Shown here piece after piece: positions 9,774 to 19,876 of a DNA stretch of 64,000 nucleotides. Source of the stretch: a virus (taxonomy: Duplodnaviria; Caudoviricetes); the IMG/VR virus record IMGVR_UViG_3300042291_001013; one strand, given 5' to 3'. Within the stretch, counting starts at the first letter, position 1; the number at the start of each line of letters is the position of its first letter. The notes under the pieces are model-generated. The model saw only the letters and a list, made by a program, of their open reading frames with translations, searched no databases and was not told the DNA's origin. The translations under genes and the position numbers were made by a program.

Positions 9774-11444
9774 ATGTCATACATTATAAACAACACCCGT
9801 GGAAACGTCATTGCAGTTGTGGCTGACGGTACTGTTAATACCTCAGCCACAGATCTTGCGTTGGTGGGTCGCGGACTTACAGAGTACGGTGAGTACGAAA
9901 ACGAAAACTACGTATATTTGCTGGAAAACTTTGCAAATAACTCAGCACCCTTACAGCCCATTACAGGACAGCTTTGGTATGATATTGGCAATGACGTAAT
10001 TGCCACTTACACGTCGGGAAACATCTGGAGCAATCTGGCCAGCCAAGACTATGTGCAGGCACAAAAGATTAGCCCAGTTTTTACTGGGGTACCAATTGCA
10101 CCCACTGCATCAGCAGGCACAGCCAGCACACAGCTTGCTACCACTGCGTTTGTGACCAACAGTCCACAATTTAGTGGTGTACCTACTGCGCCCACTGCCA
10201 CTCCCGGAACCCTGGGCAATCAAATTGCCACAGTGGGATTTGTAAACAACAGTCCACAATTCAGCGGGGCTCCACTTGCGCCCACAGCCGCTCAAGGTGT
10301 GAGCAATACTCAAATTGCCACAACTGAATTTGTCACCCGCGGTCCACAATTTAGTGGAATCCCCACAGCGCCGAGCACTGCAAATAATGTAAGCACTACT
10401 CAATTGGCCACAACAGAATTTGTACAAAATCAAAAAGTCAGTCCGGTGTTTACTGGCAATCCCACTGCACCCACAGCCGTGTTTGGAGACAACACGTCAA
10501 GCATTGCTACCACAGCATTTGTACAAAGCGAAAAGTTTAATACTGGATTAACCGGGGTGCCAACTGCTCCTAATGCTCCTTTGGGCACTGCAAATACTCA
10601 AATTGCCACCACTAACTTTGTGGCTATATCAACTGCGGCTCTGCCCACAATGAGTCAGCAAAATGCCAACGCAGTAACCATTTCAGGCGGTGCTATATTT
10701 GGTATTACTGATCTTGCTATTGCAGATGGCGGTACTGGTGCCAGCACAGCCGCCAATGCAAGAGACAACTTGGGCCTGGGCACTTTGGCCACTCAAAATG
10801 CCAATGCTGTTAGTTTTACCGGCGGCAACATGGGCAATATTGGTATCACTGGCGGTACTGTTACTGGACTTAACGTTCCGTTGGCATTGGTATCTGGTGG
10901 TACTGGCTCAGACAATGCCACACAAGCACGTACCAATTTGGGACTGGGATCAATGGCCACGCAAAATGCCGGCGCAGTTGCAATCACAGGCGGCACAATT
11001 GGTGGGTTAGGTACGCCAATCTCACTGGCTGATGGTGGTACTGGCGCAGCCACACAAGATCAAGCAAGAACAAACTTGGGCATTGGCACCCTGGCCGCAC
11101 AGGCTTTTGACAATGTGGGTATAACTGGCGGTACCCTGACAGGAATTAGTTTGTTCCAGGCAGCCAACGTAAATATCACTAGTGGTACCCTAACAGGTAT
11201 TGTGGATCTTGGTGTAGCAGATGGCGGCACCGGGGCAAGCGATCCCGTTAGTGCTAGACAAAATCTTGGCGCTGCCGCAAGCTCTGTGCAGATTATTGCG
11301 GGCGCAGGTCTGCAAGGTGGTGGCGACTTAGTTGCCAGCAGAACACTAGCAATTGCCACAAATTCAAACGGTTACGGAGTGAGATATATCAGTAACGATG
11401 ATCCAAGTGGTGGCAACAACGGTGATATTTGGTACCAAATTTAA
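9774..11444 (+). CDS. tail fibre protein
   Basis: Start moved to ATG 9774 (GGAG upstream; MSYIINNTRG). Six PxFxGxPTAPT..TQIATTxFV repeats and four DGGTG/SGGTG..ARxNLG repeats. Confidence 0.8.
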   Translation: MSYIINNTRGNVIAVVADGTVNTSATDLALVGRGLTEYGEYENENYVYLLENFANNSAPLQPITGQLWYDIGNDVIATYTSGNIWSNLASQDYVQAQKISPVFTGVPIAPTASAGTASTQLATTAFVTNSPQFSGVPTAPTATPGTLGNQIATVGFVNNSPQFSGAPLAPTAAQGVSNTQIATTEFVTRGPQFSGIPTAPSTANNVSTTQLATTEFVQNQKVSPVFTGNPTAPTAVFGDNTSSIATTAFVQSEKFNTGLTGVPTAPNAPLGTANTQIATTNFVAISTAALPTMSQQNANAVTISGGAIFGITDLAIADGGTGASTAANARDNLGLGTLATQNANAVSFTGGNMGNIGITGGTVTGLNVPLALVSGGTGSDNATQARTNLGLGSMATQNAGAVAITGGTIGGLGTPISLADGGTGAATQDQARTNLGIGTLAAQAFDNVGITGGTLTGISLFQAANVNITSGTLTGIVDLGVADGGTGASDPVSARQNLGAAASSVQIIAGAGLQGGGDLVASRTLAIATNSNGYGVRYISNDDPSGGNNGDIWYQI

Positions 11445-11454
11445 AGATTAAAAT

Positions 11455-13761
11455 ATGCCATTAGTAGTCAGGGCCATAGGCCACACAGGACAAACCCAAC
11501 GATTGGTTTGGAATCAAGGTAACAATGTACCGGTTACTGCTTACCTTTGGGGTGGCGGTGGTGGCGGTGGTGGCAATGACAGCAACCCAGGTGGCAACGG
11601 CTCAGGTGGCGCATTCAGCACCACCAACTTCACAGTCAACGAAGGCGACGAACTGCTTTGCGCCGTGGGTGGCCCTGGGGGCCCTGGGGGATCGGGTAGC
11701 AATGCACCCGGAGGATTTGCTGGCGCCAGTTTTATGGCTCAGGGAACAGGCACTTTTTGGGACAGCAGAAGTAATATTGCAAACGGCAATTTTTCAAACG
11801 GAAATATTGGAGCAGGACAACCCTACAGCAACGGTGCCTATTGCAGTTTTTTAAACACGTATGGAATTTGGAACGCCAACTCATTGGGCGGCGTCTATAG
11901 TGAAAATCTTGATGTTGTGTGGAATGTGAGTTTTGCCACCACCGGATACTACAACTTTACCATCAGCTGTGACAACCGAGCTGAGCTGTTTATTGATGGC
12001 AATTTTGCTTGTTTCAGCGATAATTTCAGAACAACTTTCCAACAGTTGTTTTACATAACTGCTGGCACACATAGTATTAGAGTAGTTGGTCTCAACACTG
12101 GCGGTCCTGCGGCAATGGGATTAACTATTAGCGGCGGCACCGGTGATACTGTTTTCAATACTAGAACCACACCAGCTACTCCTCCAGTTTATCCAGCTAC
12201 TGGATATAATAATTCCAGTGTATTTCAAAATGAATTTGGTGTTTGGGAGTCACCATACCAAATCTTCTGCAATCGATCATACAGTGTGCTTTTTCCTACG
12301 TCAGGATCATACACCTTCCAACTTAGTGTTATATACACCGCCACTGTCACTTTAGATGGGGTTACTATATTGCAATCAACAAATTCCTACATCAACCCGC
12401 AGCCTAGTAATGTCACCCTGGTTGTCAGTGCCGGTTATCACCAATTGGCATTTACTGCACAGGGTGTTGATGGGGAAGACGGACCAGGATCAATTGCTTT
12501 GTTAGTGACCAGCAACTCTCAACAATCATATACTGGTGGGCGCGGAGGAAACTCTGGAGGTGCTGGTGGCTCAGGTGCTGGCGGAGGTGGCGGAGGTGCC
12601 ACAATTGTGTACAAGAACGGCTCCGTAATGGCCTGTGGTGGCGGAGGAGGTGGCGGAGGCGGAGGCGGTAACGTAGGAGCCGCAGCCGGACAAAGTGCGC
12701 CAGGCGCCAAAGGACAGGCACCTGTGGGAACACCAGCTGGACAAAACGGAACCAATAAAAACGGCGATGGTGGCGGAGGTGGTGGAGGTGGTGGAGGCTT
12801 AGGCGGCGGCAACGGAGGTGAATCACCAGGTGGTGACGTGGGTGGGCAAGCAGGTGCGTATGGCCTAGGTTCTGGAACCCCAGTTGAACCCAATGGTGTC
12901 ACGCCCGGAGCATCAACTAGCTCTTTTTACAAAGGCGGCACCGCTGTGGGCGGGGTAACTGCACAACAAGGCACAGGCGGCTATGCTGTGTTGGTATTTG
13001 ATGTAGGCGGCACATTTGTTCATCAAAATGGCAACTTTACCGTGGCACAAAAAGTCTGGATCAAAACCGCAGTAGCCTGGCAAAGAGTCAAAACTACCTG
13101 GGTCAAGGACAACGGCGCATGGGAACCAGTGCTGGGATTTTTTGCTCCGTACTTTACACCTATAGACGGATACTGGGGCAGTCAGCCACGTGATGCTGAT
13201 GGCGATGCTGGTGCTGGAGGCGGCGGCGGCGGATGTAAGATTATTTGCCAGAAGTTGGCCGAAATGGGCTTCTTTGATTCAGCAATGAACACAGCTGATC
13301 AACAGTTTGGCGTAATGCTACGAGACCAAGATCCTGATGCCTACAACGGCTATCTGCGTTGGGCACAGCCTGTGGTTGATTTGCTAGACGGCAAAGGCAG
13401 CGTGAAGTTCCGCAAGATTGTGTTGTTCTGGGTGCGTGATGAACAGCGTCGTCAACAGATTCAAAGCAACATTGTGGCACATTACCTGGATGTTATTGCT
13501 AGGCCCTGGGCAGAAGAAATGGCCTATCGCATGAAGGCCGAAGGACATGATCACAGCAATCCAGCTGGACGTTTTATCATGAACATTGGATTACCAATGT
13601 GTCGTGCTATTAGCCGATTTGGCAAACGTAAAGAGTTACCAATGTGGCTCAAGACTGTGTTGATCTGGGCAACTACCACTGTGTTGTTAGTGGCAGTGAC
13701 TGTGATATCCACTGTGGATAAAGTGATCAACCGAGTACGTAAATTATTCAAGAAAGATTGA
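11455..13761 (+). CDS. Gly-rich tail or receptor-binding-like protein with C-terminal CKIIC domain and hydrophobic helix
   Basis: 768 aa, poly-Gly tracts and beta-sandwich segments, then GGGGGCKIIC and a terminal hydrophobic stretch. Confidence 0.65.
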   Translation: MPLVVRAIGHTGQTQRLVWNQGNNVPVTAYLWGGGGGGGGNDSNPGGNGSGGAFSTTNFTVNEGDELLCAVGGPGGPGGSGSNAPGGFAGASFMAQGTGTFWDSRSNIANGNFSNGNIGAGQPYSNGAYCSFLNTYGIWNANSLGGVYSENLDVVWNVSFATTGYYNFTISCDNRAELFIDGNFACFSDNFRTTFQQLFYITAGTHSIRVVGLNTGGPAAMGLTISGGTGDTVFNTRTTPATPPVYPATGYNNSSVFQNEFGVWESPYQIFCNRSYSVLFPTSGSYTFQLSVIYTATVTLDGVTILQSTNSYINPQPSNVTLVVSAGYHQLAFTAQGVDGEDGPGSIALLVTSNSQQSYTGGRGGNSGGAGGSGAGGGGGGATIVYKNGSVMACGGGGGGGGGGGNVGAAAGQSAPGAKGQAPVGTPAGQNGTNKNGDGGGGGGGGGGLGGGNGGESPGGDVGGQAGAYGLGSGTPVEPNGVTPGASTSSFYKGGTAVGGVTAQQGTGGYAVLVFDVGGTFVHQNGNFTVAQKVWIKTAVAWQRVKTTWVKDNGAWEPVLGFFAPYFTPIDGYWGSQPRDADGDAGAGGGGGGCKIICQKLAEMGFFDSAMNTADQQFGVMLRDQDPDAYNGYLRWAQPVVDLLDGKGSVKFRKIVLFWVRDEQRRQQIQSNIVAHYLDVIARPWAEEMAYRMKAEGHDHSNPAGRFIMNIGLPMCRAISRFGKRKELPMWLKTVLIWATTTVLLVAVTVISTVDKVINRVRKLFKKD

Positions 13762-13762
13762 C

Positions 13763-14164
13763 ATGGGAATTAGTATTCAAGAGTTTTTGGCAGGCCGTGT
13801 GGCTTGCCCAGTTTGCGACGCTAGCGGTGACCAAGAGCATTGTATTACTGCGTTGCTCAGTCGTGAAGACAGTTGTATTTTGTTCAATTCGATGTTTCAC
13901 AATCAAAACGCCAGAACACATTCGGACACCAAACTGTTGCAAGAAATACGTGCCACAACCAGTCCACAAGTGGTACTAGACTACTACATACGAAGTGAAC
14001 AGGTTACTCAACGCATCAATGCCAGAGAAGATCGAGCCGATGTTTGGAATCGTGTTTACAAAACTTACATTCCCAACATGTTGGTCAAGGTCCGTGCTGG
14101 CAAAAAAGAAGATGCCATCAAGACCATTGATGGCATGTTGCGCGAGATTGAAAAGAAATACTAG
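13763..14164 (+). CDS. hypothetical protein, CFI-box-CTERM-like helical domain
   Basis: CPVC..HC..C motif and [20 protein letters not shown] pattern. Confidence 0.5.
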   Translation: MGISIQEFLAGRVACPVCDASGDQEHCITALLSREDSCILFNSMFHNQNARTHSDTKLLQEIRATTSPQVVLDYYIRSEQVTQRINAREDRADVWNRVYKTYIPNMLVKVRAGKKEDAIKTIDGMLREIEKKY

Positions 14165-14481
14165 ACTGAAAAACTGCTGCCGCAGCCGCAAGTTGACACT
14201 GCTTGCGGATTGTTGATCACAAAGCTAGCGCCTGCTAGATCTTCTTTGTAGTTGATTTCACTGTTTTGCAAGTACTGCCAGCTCATTGAGTCTACCAGCA
14301 CCTTGACATTGCCATACGCAAGATCAAAGTCATCTTCGTTTTGTTCTTCGTCTAGAGTAAATCCATAGCTGAATCCTGAACATCCCCCACCTTGTACAAA
14401 CACTCGTAGTTTGAGATTGGGGTTGTTATCTTCGGCTAGAATATCTCGGAGTTTTTCCACTGCGGATTCAGTCAAGTTCAT
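14161..14481 (-). CDS. erpA: A-type Fe-S carrier (ErpA/IscA/HesB)
   Basis: [17 protein letters not shown] and CGCGSSF motifs; TAATG coupling to the SOD gene. Confidence 0.92.
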   Translation of the reverse strand: MNLTESAVEKLRDILAEDNNPNLKLRVFVQGGGCSGFSYGFTLDEEQNEDDFDLAYGNVKVLVDSMSWQYLQNSEINYKEDLAGASFVINNPQAVSTCGCGSSFSV

Positions 14482-15023
14482 TATAGTCTTTCGTTGCAAA
14501 CGTCCCAGTCAATGATCTTCCAGATATTGTCTAAGTAACGTTCTTTGTCGCTTTGGTAGTCCAGGGCCCAGACATGTTCCCACCAGTCCACCAGTACACA
14601 AATATCAGTGCGCACTTGGTGGTTGGGAATGGTTTTGATGTCGCCCCCGGTGCTGAGATAAACCCAACCTGATCCTTGGATCTTCATTGCGGCTTCTTTG
14701 AAAGCTTCTTTGAAATCTTCGTAGGTTTTAAACTTTTCTTCTATCAGCGCAAGTACTGCACCACGGGGGCGATTGGCACCTTTAGGAGCCCTAAGCTGAG
14801 GGAAGAACTTATTGTGTAAAAAACTGCCAGCACGATTAAAATTCGCATTGCCTTCTCCTGCGTTGTAACGCTTGGCATAGCCCCGGGCCAAGTGTCCATA
14901 ATGGTATTCTAAACTTTCTTTACTCAACACTGGTTCAAGGTCTTTTTCGCCGTAGGGCAAGGGAGTGGTTTCCAGTTTTGCTGGACGGGTGTTTGCTTCA
15001 ATCAAGTCAATTTGTTCACGCAT
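14481..15023 (-). CDS. sod: Fe/Mn superoxide dismutase
   Basis: LPYG..LEP, HY, LHN, QGSGW and DWWEH ligand motifs. Confidence 0.9.
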   Translation of the reverse strand: MREQIDLIEANTRPAKLETTPLPYGEKDLEPVLSKESLEYHYGHLARGYAKRYNAGEGNANFNRAGSFLHNKFFPQLRAPKGANRPRGAVLALIEEKFKTYEDFKEAFKEAAMKIQGSGWVYLSTGGDIKTIPNHQVRTDICVLVDWWEHVWALDYQSDKERYLDNIWKIIDWDVCNERL

Positions 15024-15031
15024 GTTAGTAT

Positions 15032-16165
15032 TTATACACCCAAGCAGTAGGCTTTGCTGTAGATTGGTTTGGTATCTAACGGAGCATTAGGGTGTAGCAG
15101 ATGAAATGCACCCAACCACTCCATAAAGTCCTTTTCAGCCACAACGTTTAGAATACCGCGCAGATAAACCTGTGCAGTGTCGTTGTCTGCTTTGATACCA
15201 TCCACCAACAAAGGTTCAGCCTGCGACGGATCAATATTGAGATAGTCGTTGCCAGTGACTTTTAAGCTGACATTTTTTCTATAAAAATGTTTTTGTTCGC
15301 AACTGACCCCGGCTTTGACTTCATCATGACGCCCACAGGATCTAGCATAGGCTCTGTAACCCCAGACACTGTCTGCGTTAAAAGCCACGTGAGCCGTGGT
15401 ACCATTATTGAAGGGTTTTGCTAGCTTTTGAGCTATCTGTTTCATGCCATTCTTGAGCAAATGGCTTTGTTTGAGATGCAGTATTGGGTCAAGAAAAAAG
15501 TTTTCATAATTTTTGGTGCCCATGCTCTGTCTAAAGGCACGGTCCATAACTGAACTCCAGTACACCCCATTGCTGTAGACCACATGCGGTTTTTCGTGCC
15601 CAGTGATCATGGCCCAATTCTTACTGGCATGATTTTTGTCACACAAGAATTCGCCAATAGCGTCACTTGCCGCTTGACCCATGATCAACAAACTGCCACG
15701 ATCTTCCCAGAGCCAATTTTCATTTTTAACTTCTAGTTTTTTGAGTTTGGTATCGTTTTTGTCAAGAAAAGTAATTGTGGTAGTTGGATCCCAGTGGTTG
15801 TTGTGTATCCAATCCACAGTGCTCATGGGAAACCAAGTCTCTAACTGTTCGTTGCCCATGATGACAATTTCATCAATGTGCAGTTTATTACGTTTGAACA
15901 CATTGTAAATGGTATGGCTGTCAGTACCACCACTCCAGAACAAAATCAGTCTATCGTATTTGTTGCGCAGTTGGATAGCACGACGGTCCATCAAAGTTTC
16001 AAAACTTTCAGTCGGATTAGCTCTCCAGTTTAGTTTGTCGTACTCGGCATCATTGCAATACATGTGGACAGTGCCACCAGTACGAAATGCTTCGTGCTGT
16101 GCTAGATAATAGTTGTTGAACTGCTTACCATTACAGGTATAATGGTACTGATTGTATATCGGCAT
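15032..16165 (-). CDS. PP-loop (SGGxDS) nucleotide-binding protein of unknown function
   Basis: LILFWSGGTDSHT motif; start moved to ATG 16165, just after infA. Confidence 0.6.
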   Translation of the reverse strand: MPIYNQYHYTCNGKQFNNYYLAQHEAFRTGGTVHMYCNDAEYDKLNWRANPTESFETLMDRRAIQLRNKYDRLILFWSGGTDSHTIYNVFKRNKLHIDEIVIMGNEQLETWFPMSTVDWIHNNHWDPTTTITFLDKNDTKLKKLEVKNENWLWEDRGSLLIMGQAASDAIGEFLCDKNHASKNWAMITGHEKPHVVYSNGVYWSSVMDRAFRQSMGTKNYENFFLDPILHLKQSHLLKNGMKQIAQKLAKPFNNGTTAHVAFNADSVWGYRAYARSCGRHDEVKAGVSCEQKHFYRKNVSLKVTGNDYLNIDPSQAEPLLVDGIKADNDTAQVYLRGILNVVAEKDFMEWLGAFHLLHPNAPLDTKPIYSKAYCLGV

Positions 16166-16169
16166 GAAT

Positions 16170-16388
16170 TTATCGACGTCTAGTAATGCGGCCTTTGGTA
16201 ACATCGTATGGGCTAAATTCAATTTCCACACGATCACCCAATAGGATTTTAATGTGGTGCATGCGCATCTTACCAGATATAAAACCAGTCACAGGTTTTT
16301 GTTGTCCATCTACCAGTACGCGGAACATAGCATTGGGCAATACCTCTAGGATAGTGCCGTCCATACGAAATCCTTCTTCTTTAGCCAT
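16170..16388 (-). CDS. infA: translation initiation factor IF-1
   Basis: [38 protein letters not shown]. Confidence 0.95.
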   Translation of the reverse strand: MAKEEGFRMDGTILEVLPNAMFRVLVDGQQKPVTGFISGKMRMHHIKILLGDRVEIEFSPYDVTKGRITRRR

Positions 16389-16398
16389 TGACTCTTAC

Positions 16399-16773
16399 TT
16401 AGTTGAATTTCAACTCAGCAGTGACCTTCTTTAGCCGATCAAAGCGGAAACTGCGCCACTCTTTTTTCTCTAGATCAAACACGCGGATACTGTGCTCGTC
16501 GGGCTTTTTGCGTTCTTTGCTTTCTTTAACAATGCCGTCAACTGGCCCGGTAGGTGCTAGGGGCAAATGATCTGGGTTTAGGGTACAAAGCATTTCGCGA
16601 TCTGAGCCGTCAGACTTGGTAAAAATCACTGTGATGGAATCTTTTTGTAACAGGCTTCTAATCCAATCGCGAATGATGGCCTTGTTGGCATCATCTGCTT
16701 CTTGATACTGTGTGCCCGGTGCTCCCTTGAGCAGTCGCACCACTTCTTGCTTTTCCCACAGGTTGATATCCAT
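16399..16773 (-). CDS. WYL-like / SH3-fold phage protein
   Basis: FTKSDGSDREMLCTL and VFDLEKKEWRSFR; SD GAGG before MDINL. Confidence 0.6.
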   Translation of the reverse strand: MDINLWEKQEVVRLLKGAPGTQYQEADDANKAIIRDWIRSLLQKDSITVIFTKSDGSDREMLCTLNPDHLPLAPTGPVDGIVKESKERKKPDEHSIRVFDLEKKEWRSFRFDRLKKVTAELKFN

Positions 16774-16808
16774 TAATTCACCTCTATAAGTTAGTTGACG
16801 TTTTTTCT

Positions 16809-17198
16809 TCATCCGCGACGCATTTTAGAAATTTCAATTGCTTCTTCATCTGAAAACACAGGCACTGCATTTGACTTGTGCATGGTAGCAATACCCTTGA
16901 CCTTGGTGCCAGTGTAGACTTTGGGCGCGGCCAAGGTAGCGTTGCCGCCTGTGTCACGGCTGGGCAAGTGGGCGGTACTTCGGCCGGGTGGCGCACTCAG
17001 TTTGTAAACCAGTGGTTCAGCGGCCAGAGCACGTTTACGGCGTTTTTCTTCTAGCTCAAGTCCTTGATTCTTTAGCAGTTCTTTCCACGAAGCGTCAAGC
17101 TCACGTGCCTTACGAGCCTCGTCAGCATTGCGGAATTTTACCTTGCCTCGGCGTTTGCCACTGAGGCTGAGACTGGGGTGATGTAAGTGCATGCTCAT
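16809..17198 (-). CDS. conserved phage hypothetical protein
   Basis: C-terminal KGIATMHKSNAVPVF motif typical of T4-like phages. Confidence 0.65.
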   Translation of the reverse strand: MSMHLHHPSLSLSGKRRGKVKFRNADEARKARELDASWKELLKNQGLELEEKRRKRALAAEPLVYKLSAPPGRSTAHLPSRDTGGNATLAAPKVYTGTKVKGIATMHKSNAVPVFSDEEAIEISKMRRG

Positions 17199-17491
17199 TG
17201 TGATACTCCTAATAGGAAGGCTGTGGCAAGAGCGCCGGATGCAAATCGATAACCTTGTTCATACAATCCATTTTGTTGGTTGAGATGATTGAAGTAAAAG
17301 TAATGTGCTCCACATTCATATCCATGACGCACTAACCACATATCCCAATCTTCTACAAGTTGATGCATCTGTTTTCGAATTCTATTTTGCTCAGCAGAGT
17401 CTTTGGTATTCCCATACTGGGTTATTAGCGGATCAAAAAATGAATCCACGTAGACATATTCAGTAAGATGCGGGTATAACTGTTTCTTCAT
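17195..17491 (-). CDS. hypothetical protein (98 aa)
   Basis: ORF preceded by a consensus promoter. Confidence 0.65.
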   Translation of the reverse strand: MKKQLYPHLTEYVYVDSFFDPLITQYGNTKDSAEQNRIRKQMHQLVEDWDMWLVRHGYECGAHYFYFNHLNQQNGLYEQGYRFASGALATAFLLGVSQ

Positions 17492-17497
17492 GCCTTG

Positions 17498-17526
17498 ATT
17501 ATAGCATGAGTAGGATTATTTGTCAA
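17498..17526 (-). promoter_or_regulatory. consensus sigma70 promoter TTGACA-N17-TATAAT, 6 nt before ATG
   Basis: Read directly. Confidence 0.8.
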
Positions 17527-17841
17527 TTACTTAAAAAGTATTAAGGCCATGCACCCGGCTTGCAGTATAAAACCAAAGCCAATTGTGATGATGTTGAGCA
17601 TGTCTTTGAGCACCACTGCTCGCAAGAACAACAGCACCAGACCGCCCCACAAGAACAAGATCATGTCCAGACCCGGGGTGCGATCACTCAGCCCGGTCAT
17701 CAAGGCCAGGAAACTGGGCAAGGTTGCACAGTGTAACACAATGGCTGCCAACCAGCCCAGTGTGTCTGCTGAAAGTGTTGCCAGGCTGTTTTTAAGGTAT
17801 TCGCGAATGGCAATGATTGTGACAGGAAACTTAAAAGGCAT
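17527..17841 (-). CDS. membrane protein (about 3 TM)
   Basis: Hydrophobic 104 aa, coupled to the hydrolase gene. Confidence 0.65.
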   Translation of the reverse strand: MPFKFPVTIIAIREYLKNSLATLSADTLGWLAAIVLHCATLPSFLALMTGLSDRTPGLDMILFLWGGLVLLFLRAVVLKDMLNIITIGFGFILQAGCMALILFK

Positions 17842-18416
17842 TATCTTTCTCCATAGAAAATGTGACGACCAATTTTGTCAATTCGAGGCAGTCTCCAGCC
17901 CGGACTAACATAGTCTGCATGGTAGTAGAGTGCGTTTGTTAAACCTGGTAATCTAAAGTTTTCCAACAAGACCTTTTTGGCCACCAGTTCACTTTCAGCC
18001 CACAAGGGCGGATACACTGGTCGAGTCTTGTGTGTGGTTTCGCACACCCAACTGAACTGACAGATTACTTTTTCGTAGAATACATTTTTCTGATAGATTA
18101 CCCCACATACACCATCACCAAATTTCCCGTGGGCCACACGGTTCATTGTGACTTGGGCTACTGCCACTTTGCCTTCAAAAGGTTCTGAGGCTGCTTCCCA
18201 GTAGATGTTGCGAGTCAAGCATTCCAGTTGCTTGATCTTTTCTGTAGTGCTGACATAGCCGGCTGGCATTGATTCCACGCCGGATCGAAGATCACTTAGC
18301 TTCTGATTGCATACTGCAATCACAGCCAAGGCCACCAGCCAAAGTCCTGCGACTCGGAAGGCCCGCGAACTCCAGGTGGCAAGTTGATCACTAATATAGT
18401 TTACTTGTGTTTTCAT
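17841..18416 (-). CDS. cell wall hydrolase (SleB/CwlJ, Hydrolase_2)
   Basis: CLTRNIYWEAASEPFEGKVAVAQVTMNRV, CQFSW, ALYYHADYV, IGRHIFY. Confidence 0.9.
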   Translation of the reverse strand: MKTQVNYISDQLATWSSRAFRVAGLWLVALAVIAVCNQKLSDLRSGVESMPAGYVSTTEKIKQLECLTRNIYWEAASEPFEGKVAVAQVTMNRVAHGKFGDGVCGVIYQKNVFYEKVICQFSWVCETTHKTRPVYPPLWAESELVAKKVLLENFRLPGLTNALYYHADYVSPGWRLPRIDKIGRHIFYGER

Positions 18417-18503
18417 GGTAGTTTTACTTACTCAGATGGTTGAGGATCCGGACATTACCGGGCCAAAAAGGCGCCATTTTGTAGTAAACGGCGCTGTTAA
18501 CTA

Positions 18504-19322
18504 TTAAAACTTGCAGACCGGAATTGGTAACATCTTGTGCATGTTACGGGCTCGAGTTTCTTGGTACTGCTTGAGCTTTTTTCTATCATTGGCTGACAAT
18601 TTGGCACTGCCGGGCATGTCAGAGTCTACGGCTTTGCATCGTTTCAAAAAGTCCAGGGCCATCATGCGCTCAAGATCTGGATAGCTCATGCCCAGTTGAC
18701 CTTCGTCAGTGCGACCATCATCCCACAAACCATCTGTGGGTTCGGCGTCAATGATCTCTTGTGGCAAGCCAAAATCACGGCCCATGTCCCACACTTGAGT
18801 TTTCAAGCAGTCACCAATGGGGCTGATGTCCACACCGCCATCACCGTACTTGGTAAAGAACCCCACACCAAAGTCTTCCACTCGGTTGCCTGTTCCTACC
18901 ACAATGCCGTTGTTGCATTGCGCAACCTGGTACAGCGTCATCATGCGTAGTCTAGCACGTGAGTTAGCAAATGCCAACGTTATGGAATCGCTGTTCTGAA
19001 CCACTGGCCACTGGCATACTGGCTCAAGTTTCTTTTCAAATGCTGAGAACACCGGGGTTAGATCCATGCTTATGTGTGTGACGTTTGAGTAGCGTTCCAG
19101 CAACCAACCAGCTTGCATGCTACTACGATTGTCTAACTTCTTGTTTTGCCGAATGGGCATTTGCACCACAATGGTTCGGAGTCCTGTTTCAGCACACAAA
19201 GTGGATACTACACTGGAGTCAATACCTCCTGAAATTCCCACCACAAAACAGTGAATTTTGGCACTCTTGGCATAGGAGCTCAACCACTTCACAATGTGGT
19301 TGATTCGCTTCCGGGGCGTCAA
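18504..19322 (-). CDS. nadE: NH3-dependent NAD+ synthetase
   Basis: VGISGGIDS, RARLRM, GTGN, FFTKYGDGG; probable TTG start in a TTGA overlap. Confidence 0.9.
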   Translation of the reverse strand: MTPRKRINHIVKWLSSYAKSAKIHCFVVGISGGIDSSVVSTLCAETGLRTIVVQMPIRQNKKLDNRSSMQAGWLLERYSNVTHISMDLTPVFSAFEKKLEPVCQWPVVQNSDSITLAFANSRARLRMMTLYQVAQCNNGIVVGTGNRVEDFGVGFFTKYGDGGVDISPIGDCLKTQVWDMGRDFGLPQEIIDAEPTDGLWDDGRTDEGQLGMSYPDLERMMALDFLKRCKAVDSDMPGSAKLSANDRKKLKQYQETRARNMHKMLPIPVCKF

Positions 19323-19876
19323 CGCACTTTTGGTGCTGGCATTGACTTTAGTTTGTTCCACATCTCGGCTTTTTGTTTGCATTTCTTCTCCAGTTTACGA
19401 TAGCGTTCGCCTAGTTTTCTAAGATCGTCCCAGTCCTTTTCCATGTCAGGATTGGGGGTAAGAATGTTCAGTCGTTCTTCTACCTTCTGCATCCATTGTA
19501 ACATACTTTTGCCGTTGATGTCAATGTCAGCTTTCTCGCCTGTGAGCGATATCTTGCCTGAGTTGCTTTGAGTATACAGCCCACCGACGGTGCTTTTATC
19601 ACCCCAGGATTGAGTGTTGGGCCCAATAGTGAATGTTTGTCCAATTGCACTGGTATTGGTGCCAGTAGTCCACTGCACATTGGCATTAGAACCGCTGGCA
19701 CCAATGCCACCATTACCGACAACACCACTACTGATTTTAAGATTACTCAAATCAAATGAGTCAACTATTGATACAGATATGGGACTTGTAACCGACGACG
19801 TTATCATTGAATCAAAACTTCCAATGGTCAACGTGTCTATGGTTCCATATTCTCCAATTTCTTTTGTACTGTCCAT
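19319..19876 (-). CDS. hypothetical protein (start uncertain)
   Basis: S/G/T-rich N-terminus and a C-terminal coiled coil. Confidence 0.6.
   Translation of the reverse strand: MDSTKEIGEYGTIDTLTIGSFDSMITSSVTSPISVSIVDSFDLSNLKISSGVVGNGGIGASGSNANVQWTTGTNTSAIGQTFTIGPNTQSWGDKSTVGGLYTQSNSGKISLTGEKADIDINGKSMLQWMQKVEERLNILTPNPDMEKDWDDLRKLGERYRKLEKKCKQKAEMWNKLKSMPAPKVR

Noticed and set aside
10070-11280. Possible CRISPR array or DGR template/variable repeats
   Set aside because: The repeats are degenerate in-frame protein repeats. There are no identical repeat-spacer units, no cas gene, no reverse transcriptase and no A-specific mismatch pair.
12452-12902. Poly-Pro and His/Arg-rich minus-strand ORFs
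   Set aside because: They are antisense to poly-Gly codons of the 11455 gene.
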